From: Raillietiella orientalis
Lineage: Eukaryota
Direction: 5' to 3'
Length of the DNA stretch: 64,000 nt
Assembly: GCA_036172245.1 (NCBI GenBank)
Contig: JAYWIR010000020.1
Span: 496,001 to 560,000 of the forward strand
Both the position numbers and the translations under genes were made by a program. Positions within the stretch are counted from its first letter, which is position 1; each line of letters begins with the position of its first letter. The notes beneath the pieces are model-generated. The model was not told where the DNA came from and searched no databases. It was given only the letters and a program-made list of their open reading frames with translations. Below, piece by piece: positions 63,033 through 64,000 of the stretch.

Positions 63033-64000
63033 CGCAATCACAAAAGTCAGCAGAATAATTGGATCGAAAGAGAACTATTGAAGAATAGAAACAACGGCAC
63101 TCTGTCTAAAATTCCGCCGCGGTTTCTAAGCGTTCTTTATGGGTCCGTTCAATTCCTCAATAATAACGGGAAGTAAATAAAACACTCGCAACGTCCATAG
63201 CACTCGTGAAATAAAGGTAATGGAGTTATCGCTCGCAAAATTTGTTTTTCGTGACAAGGAAACGAAACACTCTCTTTACAGTAAAGTAGCGATCATGGTG
63301 GTGAAGAAATTCCGAGCGTCATGTCTGGTGAATGCAAATTCTAGATTCGACAAGATATTACCCAGTAATCAGGTGAATTGCCTGGAGGAAAGGAATAGGA
63401 GCAGAAGGAACCAGTGGGATGTCTCAACCGAATACCTCCCGGAATCCGCAGGCCGAAAAAGTGATTCTGAACCAAGGAAATTATTTCTGTGAGGATGACA
63501 AGCGCTTTTCCTCCAGATTAGCACAAGGAATGCAGGATTACTTTCGTTGTGGAAAAAAAAAAAAAAAATATGAACTCCAGCAATTGACTTTATCTTGACT
63601 GGTGATTGACGATGACTGGTGATTCAGGAGAAGCAAATTCGATGATGGAATGTCGCAGTGCGTCGGAACGGTTCCAAGGGGAAGAACCACACGATTATGG
63701 TCCTACGAGGATGGCTTTGACTCAGAACATGTAAGCTGCTTGAGAATTTAAAGATACCGCCTCGATAGCTTCCCATTTTTGAGAGATTCTTGTCCCATCA
63801 AGAAATAATGGAGAAAGAAGATGCAAGGATGGATAGCATTCTCAAACTGGCTGCTAGGCGGCTGAGTCTTGTTGGAGCAGAAGTCGGATGGGAAATGAGG
63901 AGGCAGTACTAATGGTGGGTATTTGCGGAAAAGACCAGTGCTGTTAGCGAGCAGCTCCTTTTTAAAATGAATTGACCAGGTTCCAAACCAATCGAAAATC

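Overview
This is eukaryotic, probably invertebrate-animal, repeat-dense DNA. I see no intact cellular gene, and almost all long ORFs in the supplied track are broken transposon frames or antisense artefacts. The window is a graveyard of retroelements: (i) about ten fragments of L1/Tx1-clade non-LTR retrotransposons, mostly stacked in two clusters (18.1-27.0 kb and 38.9-43.6 kb); (ii) a decayed Utopia/NeSL-type element (34.7-38.8 kb, minus) whose 3' end sits at the canonical target site in a U2 snRNA gene, with the 3' ~150 nt of U2 still recognisable; (iii) weaker remnants of a second RLE-type element, CRE-like, DIRS-like and other LINE elements; (iv) four copies of a GC-rich poly(A) retroposon; (v) decayed host-gene fragments (supervillin-like, trypsin-like, EGF-repeat-like). 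The most striking unexplained signal is a terminal module (AATAAA followed at once by a ~20-nt stem-loop, with no long poly(A)) found 8 times at the 3' ends of otherwise divergent L1/Tx1 copies. All calls come from manual motif reading; no searches were run, and boundaries of decayed elements are approximate.
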